Assembly (NCBI GenBank): GCA_964433095.1
Contig: CAYSPW010000001.1
Location: 4,296 to 68,295 of the forward strand
DNA length: 64,000 nucleotides
Direction: 5' to 3'
Origin: an uncultured Gammaproteobacteria bacterium
GTDB taxonomy: Bacteria; Patescibacteriota; Patescibacteriia; Magasanikbacterales; UBA922
A model generated the notes under the pieces. That model worked only from the letters and a program-made list of their open reading frames with translations. It was not told where the DNA came from and did no database searches. Positions within the stretch are counted from its first letter, which is position 1. Each line of letters starts with the position of its first letter. The translations under genes were made by a program, and so were the position numbers. Below, piece after piece: positions 19,182 to 29,357 of the stretch.

Positions 19182-20108
19182 TTATTTTAATCGACCAAAT
19201 ACAGCGTCGCCAATATCGGCCAATGGAAATTCATTATGAAACGCTATTTTTTCCGGCAGCGCGTCAAACGCGAAATATTTAAACGCGTTCATTTCAATAT
19301 TGGTTTTAAAATCTTCTGACTTAATGGATGCGAAATAATATGAAACCACATCGGCCGTTTTGGGGTGCTTACCTTTATCAGAGTACACGTGAAACAGCTC
19401 ACCCATCTCGCTTTCCACACCCAACTCTTCCCTGATCTCTCTTTTCAGACAATCTTCCACTGTTTCGTTCATATATAAATGGCCGCCGGGAAAATCCCAA
19501 TGCCCCACATAAGGCGGCTGTATGCGACGCGCCAGTAAAATTTCCTTTTTTTGATTCAATATGACCGCGTTGGTGGCAAATCGCGGATATTGATTTTGCA
19601 CCATGTAACCGTAATTCTTTCCGAAATACTCTTCATAATATCTTCTGCCTGCCGGAATCAACTTGTTGTTTTTCTTCCCATCCAAATAAGCGCTGAAAAT
19701 ATCATTATGGTTAAAACCGAGCGCGTAGCCGAACACTTGTTCGGGCCGAACCCATTTAAACTCGCTTACTTCATCATTAACAGTAAGCCGGCCGCCGATA
19801 GACCGCACTTCGTAAAAAACCTGTACCACAAAAAATCTTGGATCCGGTGGCGGATCCATGGAAGGATCGGCAATAATTCCGGCCAAATTCATTATTTCCA
19901 CGTCCAATCCGGTTTCCTCTTTCACTTCCCTGATCAAAGTATGCTCTATATTGTCGTCTTCCACTTCCACTCGCCCCCCCACCAAAGTCCATCTGCCTTT
20001 AAACGGCTTAACGTCGCGCCTGATTAAAAGAATTTCACCGGACTCATTTAAAATAATTGCGTCCACGCAAGGCACCGGGTGGTGTGATTGTATCAAATAT
20101 TGTTCCAT
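19182..20108 (-). CDS. Tandem double-NUDIX hydrolase
   Basis: Two Nudix boxes: GGRVE....IE..LIREVKEETGL and GGHL...ETVE.CL.REIREELGV. Confidence 0.9.
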   Translation of the reverse strand: MEQYLIQSHHPVPCVDAIILNESGEILLIRRDVKPFKGRWTLVGGRVEVEDDNIEHTLIREVKEETGLDVEIMNLAGIIADPSMDPPPDPRFFVVQVFYEVRSIGGRLTVNDEVSEFKWVRPEQVFGYALGFNHNDIFSAYLDGKKNNKLIPAGRRYYEEYFGKNYGYMVQNQYPRFATNAVILNQKKEILLARRIQPPYVGHWDFPGGHLYMNETVEDCLKREIREELGVESEMGELFHVYSDKGKHPKTADVVSYYFASIKSEDFKTNIEMNAFKYFAFDALPEKIAFHNEFPLADIGDAVFGRLK

Positions 20109-20120
20109 AAAATTTTTAAT

Positions 20121-20671
20121 TTAGAAAAAATGTCTGTTAAGCGCCCATGTGATAATGGTTTGCAGCGCCAGACGTGATTGTTTGTTATCATTTGATCCAG
20201 TTCATGCGGATAACGGAACATCACCTGTATATCCTCGCTATCATCGGACTTCATTTTCACCGCCCGCCTCAATACGCGCCGAGAGTATACGCGCCTTATC
20301 CCGAACGAATCGTTTGCCGACCGCGCTTCACCCAGCTTGATGTATTTTTTTTGCCGAAAAACCAATTTTTTCTTTTAATTCTTGCCCGGACCGTGTCAAA
20401 CACGTGTGGATATTTTTTTTATTCCGCCGCCCGGAAATTAACAACTTCTTCTATTTCCCAGATAGCGATGCGGCAAGACCATAACCAATCTCCCCTCAGG
20501 TAAAACAGAGACCACAATGGACATGTCCTTGGGTTGGCAGTAATAATAATGGTCCGCTTTGTCATCACCAAGCTGATAAGTGTCGTGTCTATACTTCCAC
20601 CAAGGATTTTTATGTATCACTTCCCGGGAAAGAGTGAAATATTTTTGGTCATATTTTTTAAAAAAATCCAT
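20121..20671 (-). pseudogene. Disrupted NUDIX hydrolase (ADP-ribose pyrophosphatase-like)
   Basis: The N-terminus (KNPWW.YRHD) stops at TAA 20438-20440, directly before FPGGG where Glu is expected. The remainder (QELKEKIGF, DDSEDIQV, QTIITWAL..FF*) is spread over different frames. Confidence 0.8.
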
Positions 20672-20688
20672 AGTGAATTCACTATGGA

Positions 20689-21096
20689 TTATTTGGCATG
20701 AAATTTCTCGGCGACTTGTTCGACCGGTTGATCGCCCGGGTGATTTATTATGCTATGCATATTACCTCCGCCATCGCCGCGCCAGCGCGGTAGTATATGC
20801 ACATGCAGATGCTCAACCACTTGACCGCCGGCCGGTTTTTGATTCCACCCCACGTTATATCCGTCCGGACTCAACTTATCATCAATTAACTTCATGGTCT
20901 TTTTTACCGCGGCGAACAATTCGGCAAACCCTTCGTTCATCTCAAGCGGCGTTGCGGCGTGAACCTTAGGTATAACAACCGTATGGCCTTTGGCACGCGG
21001 ATTAATATCCAAAAAAGCCAAGCTATTTTCATCTTCATAAATTTTATGCGCCGGAATTTCTCCTTGAATAATTTTACAAAATATACAATCCCGCAT
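20689..21096 (-). CDS. HIT family hydrolase
   Basis: DCIFCKI, AFLDINP...GHT.VIPK.H, HLHVHILPR. Confidence 0.95.
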   Translation of the reverse strand: MRDCIFCKIIQGEIPAHKIYEDENSLAFLDINPRAKGHTVVIPKVHAATPLEMNEGFAELFAAVKKTMKLIDDKLSPDGYNVGWNQKPAGGQVVEHLHVHILPRWRGDGGGNMHSIINHPGDQPVEQVAEKFHAK

Positions 21097-21097
21097 A

Positions 21098-23341
21098 TTA
21101 AATTTCTTTATCACTAAAGCGCAATATTACATATTCATCAGTATAAAGAGGTTCTACATCCATTATACCATCCTGATACGCACCGTTGTCAATGGCCACA
21201 AAACACTGATCCGCTCCTGTCAAATGAAATGCCCGATTCAGCCCTTGTACCAAATTTCCTTCTGCAATTTCATCATATATCCGCATCCTCTCGGGCTGGG
21301 CGAATTGATAATCCATGGGAAATCCGCCTCCCGCTATTTTTGCGTGGGATTGAGCCTCAATTAACAACAAAAGCCAAGTATCGGCAATAATACAATGATT
21401 GTTGCTGGTGGTGGATATATTTTGTAAAATAATTCGCGCGGCTTGATATTCTTTATCCGACACCACCCTCATGTCAGGCCCCGAGCCATAAGCAATCACC
21501 CCCAGCAAGCTAAAAATAACTACCAATATTATAGTATACACTTTCACTACTACCGGGTTAAGAAACCTGGTTGACAACTTATTAAACGAAGCGCCGACAA
21601 ACGAAAGAAAAAAGATTAAAATGATTAGCGCCAAAACATGATCCAATCTTCTGGTAAATAATCGATCGCCTTCCAGATAAAACCACCCGATAAGATAGGC
21701 CCCAAAACTCATAAAGGCTAAAAAGGTAACAAAAAACCAATACTTGTCGTTTTTTTTTATTACCGCGTTCATCAGCTCTAACAAAAAGCAAAGACAAATA
21801 ATTAGCATAAGCGGAATAACGATCCATCTTATGCCGGTAAAAAAATTTTCTACAAACGCGTAATTCGGAGTATGATTAAAAAAAATATTGCCCATCAATA
21901 TATCATGACTTCTGATGCCGCTGGCATAATACCAGCCGGAAAAAATAGCCAAGGCCTTTTTAGCGGATAATACTAAATCGTACTGTTCCGGCAACCGGCT
22001 AATTTTGGCGCTTAATTCAATAGCAGGAAAAAAAAGCGGCGCTCCCAGAAGCAGAATAATTTTTGCCGGAATCAACAATGCTTTTTTCTTAGCACGGGCA
22101 ATCAAACCATAAACAAACACCACCGGTACGGAAAAGAATAGTAGCAAAAAATGCAAGCTGTATCCGAATAGCATTAAAAAAGTAAATATTGCCGCCGGCA
22201 AGAGCTGGCCGGGCGCCTGATCTTGAAAATACTGAAGCCACAAACACATCACAAACAAAAAAACCACAAAACCCAAGCTTACCGGCAAACTGATCGCTCC
22301 CAAAACTTGAAACGTAAACGGCAACAGGCCGAGCCAGGCCAGCAACAATCCCATGCGCCAATTGCGAAATATCAGGTGGCCGATTCTAAATAAAAACATT
22401 GTTCCAAATACCGACCAAAGCAAAGGCACCAGCCACTTGCTCACGGTCGCTAAATCCAAATTAAAACCACCCGCCACGAGCACGTTCACGGCCCAATAGT
22501 GCGCGTAAGTAAACTTTTGCGGCACGGTAAAAACTTCCGGCAAATCTATTCCGGCCGCTTCCGTCCACCTGGCTTCATGTCCGTGTAAAACCGGCGGATA
22601 ATAATCTCCGTCAAGCAATTTTTCTTCTACAGCCACCATACGCCACACATCCCCTCCCCAAGGCATCTGATGGGATAAAGCCAAATAACTGTGGCATAAT
22701 ATTGACAGCAGTACCAAAAAAAACAAGACAATCTTTATTCGGCTCCTTGAAAAAATCAATATACCGAGTAGAAAAACGAGTATAAAAAAGAATGGCAGAT
22801 AAAACGGAGAAATAACTTGCCAAGGCGACCACAAAACCTGAATGCTACCTGCGGATCCGACAAGTAAGACAAAGGCGATAAACAATAAAATGACAAATAG
22901 CAAACTCACATACCATGATTGATCAAAAATAACCAAACTGCTCGTTAATTGACGAACGGGCTTTTTTTTAAGTCCGACTTTTTTTAAATCGCGGGCATAA
23001 TTAAAAATCAAATAGTTAATTAAAAATGAAAAGCTGTAAGCGGCCACTTGCGTATCGGGGCTGATGCGTGAAAAAGTGATAAATATCGCCGCTGTCAAAG
23101 TCAGGCTTAAAAAAGCGGCAAAAAAAGCAAGCAGCGATCTTTCCCAATATCTTGACCTTACCGCAAACACTAGCAATAAAATACGGTCAAAAAAATATGT
23201 TTGCACCAATAAAAACAGTACCATTATCGCGCCGTTCACAAATATCCGCTCCCAATAATGTAAATTGGAGTATAAAAAAAATATGCTGAGCACAGATAAC
23301 AGCAGAGCCAAGTACTGCTTTTTAAATAATTTATGTTTCAT
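21098..23341 (-). CDS. Large multi-TM membrane protein, possibly GT-C fold
   Basis: Many TM helices, loop motif WGGDVWR, small soluble C-terminal domain, glycan-cluster context. Confidence 0.6.
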   Translation of the reverse strand: MKHKLFKKQYLALLLSVLSIFFLYSNLHYWERIFVNGAIMVLFLLVQTYFFDRILLLVFAVRSRYWERSLLAFFAAFLSLTLTAAIFITFSRISPDTQVAAYSFSFLINYLIFNYARDLKKVGLKKKPVRQLTSSLVIFDQSWYVSLLFVILLFIAFVLLVGSAGSIQVLWSPWQVISPFYLPFFFILVFLLGILIFSRSRIKIVLFFLVLLSILCHSYLALSHQMPWGGDVWRMVAVEEKLLDGDYYPPVLHGHEARWTEAAGIDLPEVFTVPQKFTYAHYWAVNVLVAGGFNLDLATVSKWLVPLLWSVFGTMFLFRIGHLIFRNWRMGLLLAWLGLLPFTFQVLGAISLPVSLGFVVFLFVMCLWLQYFQDQAPGQLLPAAIFTFLMLFGYSLHFLLLFFSVPVVFVYGLIARAKKKALLIPAKIILLLGAPLFFPAIELSAKISRLPEQYDLVLSAKKALAIFSGWYYASGIRSHDILMGNIFFNHTPNYAFVENFFTGIRWIVIPLMLIICLCFLLELMNAVIKKNDKYWFFVTFLAFMSFGAYLIGWFYLEGDRLFTRRLDHVLALIILIFFLSFVGASFNKLSTRFLNPVVVKVYTIILVVIFSLLGVIAYGSGPDMRVVSDKEYQAARIILQNISTTSNNHCIIADTWLLLLIEAQSHAKIAGGGFPMDYQFAQPERMRIYDEIAEGNLVQGLNRAFHLTGADQCFVAIDNGAYQDGIMDVEPLYTDEYVILRFSDKEI

Positions 23342-23347
23342 GAAAAA

Positions 23348-23971
23348 TTATATACCGTGAGCGAACAAACTCAATACCGCAAAACCAATCGCCAGGCCGA
23401 ACACCCAGGCGGCCGCGGTTAATAATGTGGGGAACTCAAGCAGCAAAGCCAGCAGCGTCAAAAAAACCGCGCTCACTTGTAAAACCATTTTGATTTTTCC
23501 CCATCCGTTTGCCATGCGAATGGTTTTGAAGCGGTAGCCACAAACCAAGGCCGATAATATAAAAGCGATTTCAATAAACAATATGGCTATACCGAGCCAA
23601 AAGTCAAAATATTTAAATACTAAAAGCAGCACCATGGATCCGATCAGCAGCTTATCGGCCAGCGGGTCAATCAGCATGCCGAATTTTGTTACTTTATGCC
23701 TGGTACGAGCCAATGATCCATCAATGGCATCAGTAAATGCGACTAAAAGAAATGCCACTATGCCAAGAGAATAGTTGCCAAATAATATAATAAAAAACAC
23801 AACCGGCGTGGCGAAAATTCTAAATATGGATATTTTGTTCGGGGTTACATTTTGCGGAATGAAGCGCAATACCGTAATATCCATAAAATGATCATGGGGG
23901 TGAATGTCCGCGGCCTTGATGTATTTAAACAATTCTTGATGCTTTTTAACAAAATCCGTAAAAATTTTCAT
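23348..23971 (-). CDS. pgsA: CDP-alcohol phosphatidyltransferase (PgsA-like)
   Basis: TPN.IS..R and D.IDG.LAR...VT.FG..IDPLADK motifs. Confidence 0.88.
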   Translation of the reverse strand: MKIFTDFVKKHQELFKYIKAADIHPHDHFMDITVLRFIPQNVTPNKISIFRIFATPVVFFIILFGNYSLGIVAFLLVAFTDAIDGSLARTRHKVTKFGMLIDPLADKLLIGSMVLLLVFKYFDFWLGIAILFIEIAFILSALVCGYRFKTIRMANGWGKIKMVLQVSAVFLTLLALLLEFPTLLTAAAWVFGLAIGFAVLSLFAHGI

Positions 23972-24026
23972 AAATTTTAATTATATTCATCCACTGTGAT
24001 ATAATCAACAAACGAAGATAAAAACT

Positions 24027-26135
24027 ATGTCAATCCGGTTGAAATATACCATAATATACCTGTTTTGCCTAGCGGCTTTAATACTGGGTTTATTTTTTTC
24101 TCTACCGCTGTTGCCGCTGATAGCGCTAATTGCTTTATTGTTGTTAGCGGCCTTCACACTCAACCAAATTGAACTTTTAGCCTTACCGGGTTGGAATATT
24201 CTTTGGAGCTTTGTTATTTTATCCGGCATTATATTTTTGACGCACTCAATTATTTATTTTTTTTACAAAAGCACTCAAATCACAATATTATTATCTGTAT
24301 TGCCGCCCACCGCGCTTGCGTTGTATGTGTTGAAAGACAAAAAAATAAACTTGGTAAAACTACATCAGCTTAAAGCAAAGATAAAAAAAATCTTTTGTCA
24401 GAATATAACTCAAATTTCTAAAACAGACTGGCTTTTTTTGGCTATTTTAGTATTACAGTTGATTCTTTACCTGAAAACAAGGCAAAAAGCCACCTTTGAC
24501 GCTCTCGGATCTCCCTGGCCGCTCTTTGGCCCTCGTTTTTTTGTTTTGTACGCAATCAATACCACCGCCATTGTTTGGTACGCTTTTAAAAGTAAATCCG
24601 AACTGTTATGGCTGATCGCGGCCGTTTTTCAATTTTTACTCTCTTTCAATATTATCACCGCCGTATATCCGCTCGGTTGGGGTTATGATCCTTTTTTGCA
24701 CAGAGCGACCGAAATATATATTCATCAGTTTGGCGCCGCTTTGCCTAAAACCCCTTTCTATATTGGTCAATTCGCCATTGTAAACACTATCGCCCACCTG
24801 ACAGGCTGGGCAATAAAAACAATAGATATTTATCTGGTTCCGATTCTGGCCGGCATTTTACTGCCGCTGAGCGCGTACTTTGGACTACGACACGGCTTGC
24901 GTTTGAAAAAAAACGCGCTCAGGCTGGCCACGCTGGCCATCCTGCTCTATCCGCTCAGTTCTTTTGTGGCTACAACACCGCATAATCTGGCCAATCTTTT
25001 TACTTTGGTAAGCATATTTTTGTCGCTATTGTTGCTTCAAGGCAATAAATACTGGCCATTACCCTCTATTTTTTCCGCCCTGGCAATGGCCACCCACCCA
25101 TTAACCGGAATTTTCTCCGTGGTCATGTTACTGGCTCTCATGGCGCATAATCACGCGAATAAAATCTCCGGAAAAATTTTCATTATATTTCTTTTTACAG
25201 CCTCAAGTGTTATGGTGCCATTTTTTTTCTGGATATATTCACTCGTTGGCGGAATGGAAATTCAATTTTCCTTAAACTCGCAAGCTTTTTTCAATTTGTT
25301 TTCTGAGCCATATTATTTTATCAACCGGCCAGCACATTTTATCTACGATCTGGTTTACGCCTATAGATTCTTTCTGCCAGGCATTTTAATTTCACTGGCT
25401 TTGCTGGTCTTTTTAAAAAAACAATATCGCCATGCAAAAATCATGTACTTTCCCTTGGTTTCGCTTTCTATTATGATCAATATATTAATCATCAACTCAA
25501 TGATTAAATTTGTCAACCTGAACGCTTTTGAGCAGTCACACTATGCCGAACGTCTATTGCATTCCACTCTGTTTTTCATTCTCCCGCTCTCGTCATTGGG
25601 ATTGGTAAGATTAGTAGAGTATACAAAAAAAATAAGTAATTCGCTGTTACTTTTAATTTTGAGCGTCTTGATATTAGCTCTTACCGCCTCTTTTTACTTG
25701 ACTTATCCGCAAAAAAATCCTATCGCCCATTTTCCAGGCTACAACATAACCAAAGCGGATTATTCAGCCGCAAAACTAATAAAAAACCTCAATCGGGAAC
25801 AAAACTATGTGGTGCTATCCAACATCATGACCGCGGCCGCGGCAATAGAAACGTACGGCTTTGAAACATATTTTAACAGCACCCAAGGACCTCTGTTTTA
25901 CTATGCCATTCCCTCGGGCGGACCTTTGGCCGAGCTTTATTCGAATATGCTCTATCACGAACAAAAAAGACAATACATGTACCAGGCGATGGACTTGACA
26001 CAAGCTAAAAAAGCTTACTTTGTGGTAAATTCTTACTGGCATAAAAGTATGGAAATAATTCAAGGCGCCAAACAGACCGCGGATAAATATTGGTCAATTG
26101 ACGATAAAATTTGGATTTTTGAATATAAAAGGTAA
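24027..26135 (+). CDS. Large multi-TM membrane protein, possibly GT-C fold; paralog of 21098-23341
   Basis: SPW, WGYDPFLH.A.E, HP motif and soluble C-terminal domain. Confidence 0.6.
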   Translation: MSIRLKYTIIYLFCLAALILGLFFSLPLLPLIALIALLLLAAFTLNQIELLALPGWNILWSFVILSGIIFLTHSIIYFFYKSTQITILLSVLPPTALALYVLKDKKINLVKLHQLKAKIKKIFCQNITQISKTDWLFLAILVLQLILYLKTRQKATFDALGSPWPLFGPRFFVLYAINTTAIVWYAFKSKSELLWLIAAVFQFLLSFNIITAVYPLGWGYDPFLHRATEIYIHQFGAALPKTPFYIGQFAIVNTIAHLTGWAIKTIDIYLVPILAGILLPLSAYFGLRHGLRLKKNALRLATLAILLYPLSSFVATTPHNLANLFTLVSIFLSLLLLQGNKYWPLPSIFSALAMATHPLTGIFSVVMLLALMAHNHANKISGKIFIIFLFTASSVMVPFFFWIYSLVGGMEIQFSLNSQAFFNLFSEPYYFINRPAHFIYDLVYAYRFFLPGILISLALLVFLKKQYRHAKIMYFPLVSLSIMINILIINSMIKFVNLNAFEQSHYAERLLHSTLFFILPLSSLGLVRLVEYTKKISNSLLLLILSVLILALTASFYLTYPQKNPIAHFPGYNITKADYSAAKLIKNLNREQNYVVLSNIMTAAAAIETYGFETYFNSTQGPLFYYAIPSGGPLAELYSNMLYHEQKRQYMYQAMDLTQAKKAYFVVNSYWHKSMEIIQGAKQTADKYWSIDDKIWIFEYKR

Positions 26136-26157
26136 ATATCTTATTACTGAATATTTT

Positions 26158-27360
26158 TTATCGTCCTCGGTATAATTTTTCCAGCCTGTCCATATACTCT
26201 TTTTGCCCCAAACCTACTAAAAAATCAGCGGTTTTTTTGCTCATGGCTCTCAATTTATCGCTATTTTCCACGCACCATTGCAATTTTTCTTCCAATGATT
26301 TTTGGCTGCCGGCAACAAAAGTAAATCCGTTTTCCCCTACCGTTATAAGTTCGGCGATGCCTTCAATGTCACTGGCTAAAACCGGCTTGTTAAAAGAAAA
26401 ACTTTCAAATATCACTGTCGGTGAATTCTCGTAGCATAAAGAAGGTACTACGGTAATATCTGATTGTTCAAATATTTGGGGTAATTTTTTGCGGTCCACG
26501 CGACCATATATTAGTATTTTACCGCAACCGCGTGCGATTCTTTTTATCTCATTAAGCTGAGAACCGTCACCTACCAAATGCAAGTAGCAATCCTTTTTTG
26601 ACCGCGACACGAAATCGTGAAAACTCTCCACCAGAAAAAGGACGCCTTTGTGCGCTTCAATCTGGCCGAGGTAGAGAAAATTAACCGCGCCGCTTGCCAA
26701 GCATGCTTCTGCTCTGGTCGGATCGGCTTCAAAAGTGATCGGATTCCTGAGCATGACGCGTTTTGATCGCAAAAAAAATTTTCTTTTTTTGTAAAAATCA
26801 AGTAAAAACTGAGATGGTGAAACGACCACATCGGGAGATCCCATCAGCTTTTTCATCAGCCAAGAATAAACCTTAACATGTAATCCCGAGTAACGCCAAT
26901 CCTTTTCATGCCTCTTCAAAATAATGCCGCTCGGCTCTACCAGTTGCACGTCATGTACAGTATGAAAATGCTTCAAATTAAGTTGTCGGATTACCCATGG
27001 GGTAAGAAAACCCAGACCCATGAAATTATGCGTATGCACCACGTCCGGCTTTTCTTTTTCCAAAATACTTTTAATATACTTAGCCGAGCTGAAATGAAAT
27101 ATATCGGCCAAATGCCACATCAGACGGATAAACCAATGATATTGATGCGCTTTTGTATAAAAAAATAAGTTTTTTGGTCTAAATCTGTAGGTAGTCAGTT
27201 TACTGTCCATCTCGCAATAAGAACCGCCGGCAGGCGATGTGGTGATGATTACCACCCGGTGTCCACGCTTTAAAAGGCCTTCCACGGTCTTAGCCACCAC
27301 CTGCTCGGCTCCGCCACGTACGTAAGGAGGATAAAGATTATTAATAATGCATATTTTCAT
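26158..27360 (-). CDS. GT4 family glycosyltransferase
   Basis: YPP...GGAE, PDVVHTHN, TVHD, KGV, PS..YENSP.VI.E. Start at ATG 27360. Confidence 0.92.
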   Translation of the reverse strand: MKICIINNLYPPYVRGGAEQVVAKTVEGLLKRGHRVVIITTSPAGGSYCEMDSKLTTYRFRPKNLFFYTKAHQYHWFIRLMWHLADIFHFSSAKYIKSILEKEKPDVVHTHNFMGLGFLTPWVIRQLNLKHFHTVHDVQLVEPSGIILKRHEKDWRYSGLHVKVYSWLMKKLMGSPDVVVSPSQFLLDFYKKRKFFLRSKRVMLRNPITFEADPTRAEACLASGAVNFLYLGQIEAHKGVLFLVESFHDFVSRSKKDCYLHLVGDGSQLNEIKRIARGCGKILIYGRVDRKKLPQIFEQSDITVVPSLCYENSPTVIFESFSFNKPVLASDIEGIAELITVGENGFTFVAGSQKSLEEKLQWCVENSDKLRAMSKKTADFLVGLGQKEYMDRLEKLYRGR

Positions 27361-27514
27361 ATTACAATCAATTATATGAAAACAGACCCCTTTTTGCAAC
27401 TATTCAGACACAACTTTTTCACTGTTTAACCCCTATCGGCTGTTGAAAGCAATTAGGATATTGTGTAATATATCAAGGCGAGCCAATAATATATATTGAC
27501 GACTAAACTATTTT

Positions 27515-28963
27515 ATGCCCGATATTCCCGAATTAGAAAAAATTCCACCACAGAACATAGAGGCGGAAATGTCTTTGCTTGGTTCAATTTTGCTGGATAA
27601 AGAAGCGATGATTAAAATCGCCGATATGGTGGACCGGAATGATTTTTATCAAAACGCGCACAGCGCCATATTTGAGACCATGGCTGAGCTGTATAACAGA
27701 AATGAAGTGATAGACCTGCTCACCCTTGGCAATAGATTGGAAGAAAAAAAATGCTTGGAAAAAATCGGCGGCCGTAGCTATCTGGTCAAATTATCCAACA
27801 CTACTCCTACCGCCAGCCATATCAAGCACTATGCTGAAATCATCAGACGCAAATCAACTTTGAGAAAATTACTGAAAGCGGCGCAGAATATCTCTGAATT
27901 GGGTCATAAAGAAGATGTTGAAGACGTGGAATCTCTACTTGATCAAGCTCAGCAGTCGCTGTATTCTGTCAGCCAAACTCACCTTAAGCAAACTTTTTCC
28001 CCTATACGCGGGGTACTGAGCGAAGCTTTTGAAAGAATAGATGAACTGCACCGGGAAAAAGGCAAACTGCGCGGCATTCCAACAGGATTTAAGCAGCTGG
28101 ACAATCTGCTGGCCGGCCTACAAAACTCCGACCTGATAATCCTGGCTGCCAGACCATCGGTAGGTAAAACTTCATTTGTGCTGGATATTGCCAGAAACGT
28201 GGCCGTGCGAAGCAAACGGACCGTGGGCTTTTTTTCACTGGAGATGAGCAAAGAACAGCTGGTTGACAGGATGCTTTGTGCCGAGGCCGGCGTGGATCTG
28301 TGGAAAATGCGCACCGGTAATTTGTCCGACAAGCCGGGCAGCTATGATTTTCCCAAAATAGGCCAAGCCATGGGAGTATTATCTGAGGCGCCGGTATTTA
28401 TTGACGATACGCCCGGCAATACAGTGATGCAGATCAGAACCAAAGCGCGGCGTTTGCAAGCAGAACACGATCTCGGCCTAATTGTTATCGACTATATGCA
28501 GTTGATGGAGTCGCACAACAAACGAAATTCAGACAACCGCGTACAAGAGGTGGCTGAAATGAGCCGCAACTTAAAAGGCATAGCCAGAGAATTAAACGTG
28601 CCGGTACTGGCATTGTCGCAATTGTCAAGAGCGGTGGAGCAAAGCAAACCGGCTATCCCCAAGCTTTCCCACCTAAGAGAATCAGGTAGTATAGAACAAG
28701 ACGCGGATGTGGTTATGTTTATCTATCGCAAATCATCCGATAGAAACTACCGCTTGGACGATATTCCTCCGGATGAACGCCATTTAGCGGAAATCCATAT
28801 TGCCAAGCACAGAAACGGCCCCACCGGTCAAGTGAAGCTGTTTTTCGACGAAACAAGGGCCAGTTTCAAAAATCTGGATACCCATTTCGAAAAAGAACCT
28901 CAGTCTCCTTCGGCTTCGCCGCGACCACAACCACAAGCCGAGCCGATTGTGCCCAAATTCTAG
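27515..28963 (+). CDS. dnaB: Replicative DNA helicase DnaB
   Basis: PPQNIEAE, AARPSVGKT, FSLEMS, IDYMQL, LSQLSR, LRESGSIEQDAD, KHRNGPTG. No intein. Confidence 0.98.
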   Translation: MPDIPELEKIPPQNIEAEMSLLGSILLDKEAMIKIADMVDRNDFYQNAHSAIFETMAELYNRNEVIDLLTLGNRLEEKKCLEKIGGRSYLVKLSNTTPTASHIKHYAEIIRRKSTLRKLLKAAQNISELGHKEDVEDVESLLDQAQQSLYSVSQTHLKQTFSPIRGVLSEAFERIDELHREKGKLRGIPTGFKQLDNLLAGLQNSDLIILAARPSVGKTSFVLDIARNVAVRSKRTVGFFSLEMSKEQLVDRMLCAEAGVDLWKMRTGNLSDKPGSYDFPKIGQAMGVLSEAPVFIDDTPGNTVMQIRTKARRLQAEHDLGLIVIDYMQLMESHNKRNSDNRVQEVAEMSRNLKGIARELNVPVLALSQLSRAVEQSKPAIPKLSHLRESGSIEQDADVVMFIYRKSSDRNYRLDDIPPDERHLAEIHIAKHRNGPTGQVKLFFDETRASFKNLDTHFEKEPQSPSASPRPQPQAEPIVPKF

Positions 28964-29043
28964 CCATTGCTTAATCGGGATAAATAATTTAAAATTATAT
29001 ATATCAAAAAATTAAGTATAATATAGTAATAAATTTTAACATT

Positions 29044-29349
29044 ATGTTCAACAAATTAAAACAATTCAAGAATCTGCGCTCGCAAGCCAAAGATCTGCAA
29101 AGCAAATTGGCCGAGGAATCCATTACCGTTTCCGAGGCCGGCGGCAAGATTAAGCTGACTATGGACGGCAATTTAAAAATAACTGCCTTGGATATTGATC
29201 CGGAAATGCTCGATCCGGACAAAAAAACCAAACTGGAAGACGCGATCAAGCAAGCGCATGAAAACGCCAATAAAAAAATGCAGCGCACCATGGCCATGAA
29301 AATGAAGGAAATGGGCGGCTTACCCGACATCCCAGGCATGACCAGTTGA
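29044..29349 (+). CDS. ybaB: Nucleoid-associated protein YbaB/EbfC
   Basis: AGG.I...MDGN..I....IDP; adjacent to recR. Confidence 0.92.
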   Translation: MFNKLKQFKNLRSQAKDLQSKLAEESITVSEAGGKIKLTMDGNLKITALDIDPEMLDPDKKTKLEDAIKQAHENANKKMQRTMAMKMKEMGGLPDIPGMTS

Positions 29350-29357
29350 ACCAACAA

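Noticed and set aside
20438-20440. In-frame stop in the NUDIX gene as stop-codon reassignment or readthrough
   Set aside because: The stop is TAA rather than TGA, further frameshifts follow, and other genes (ybaB, uvrB) end normally at TGA.
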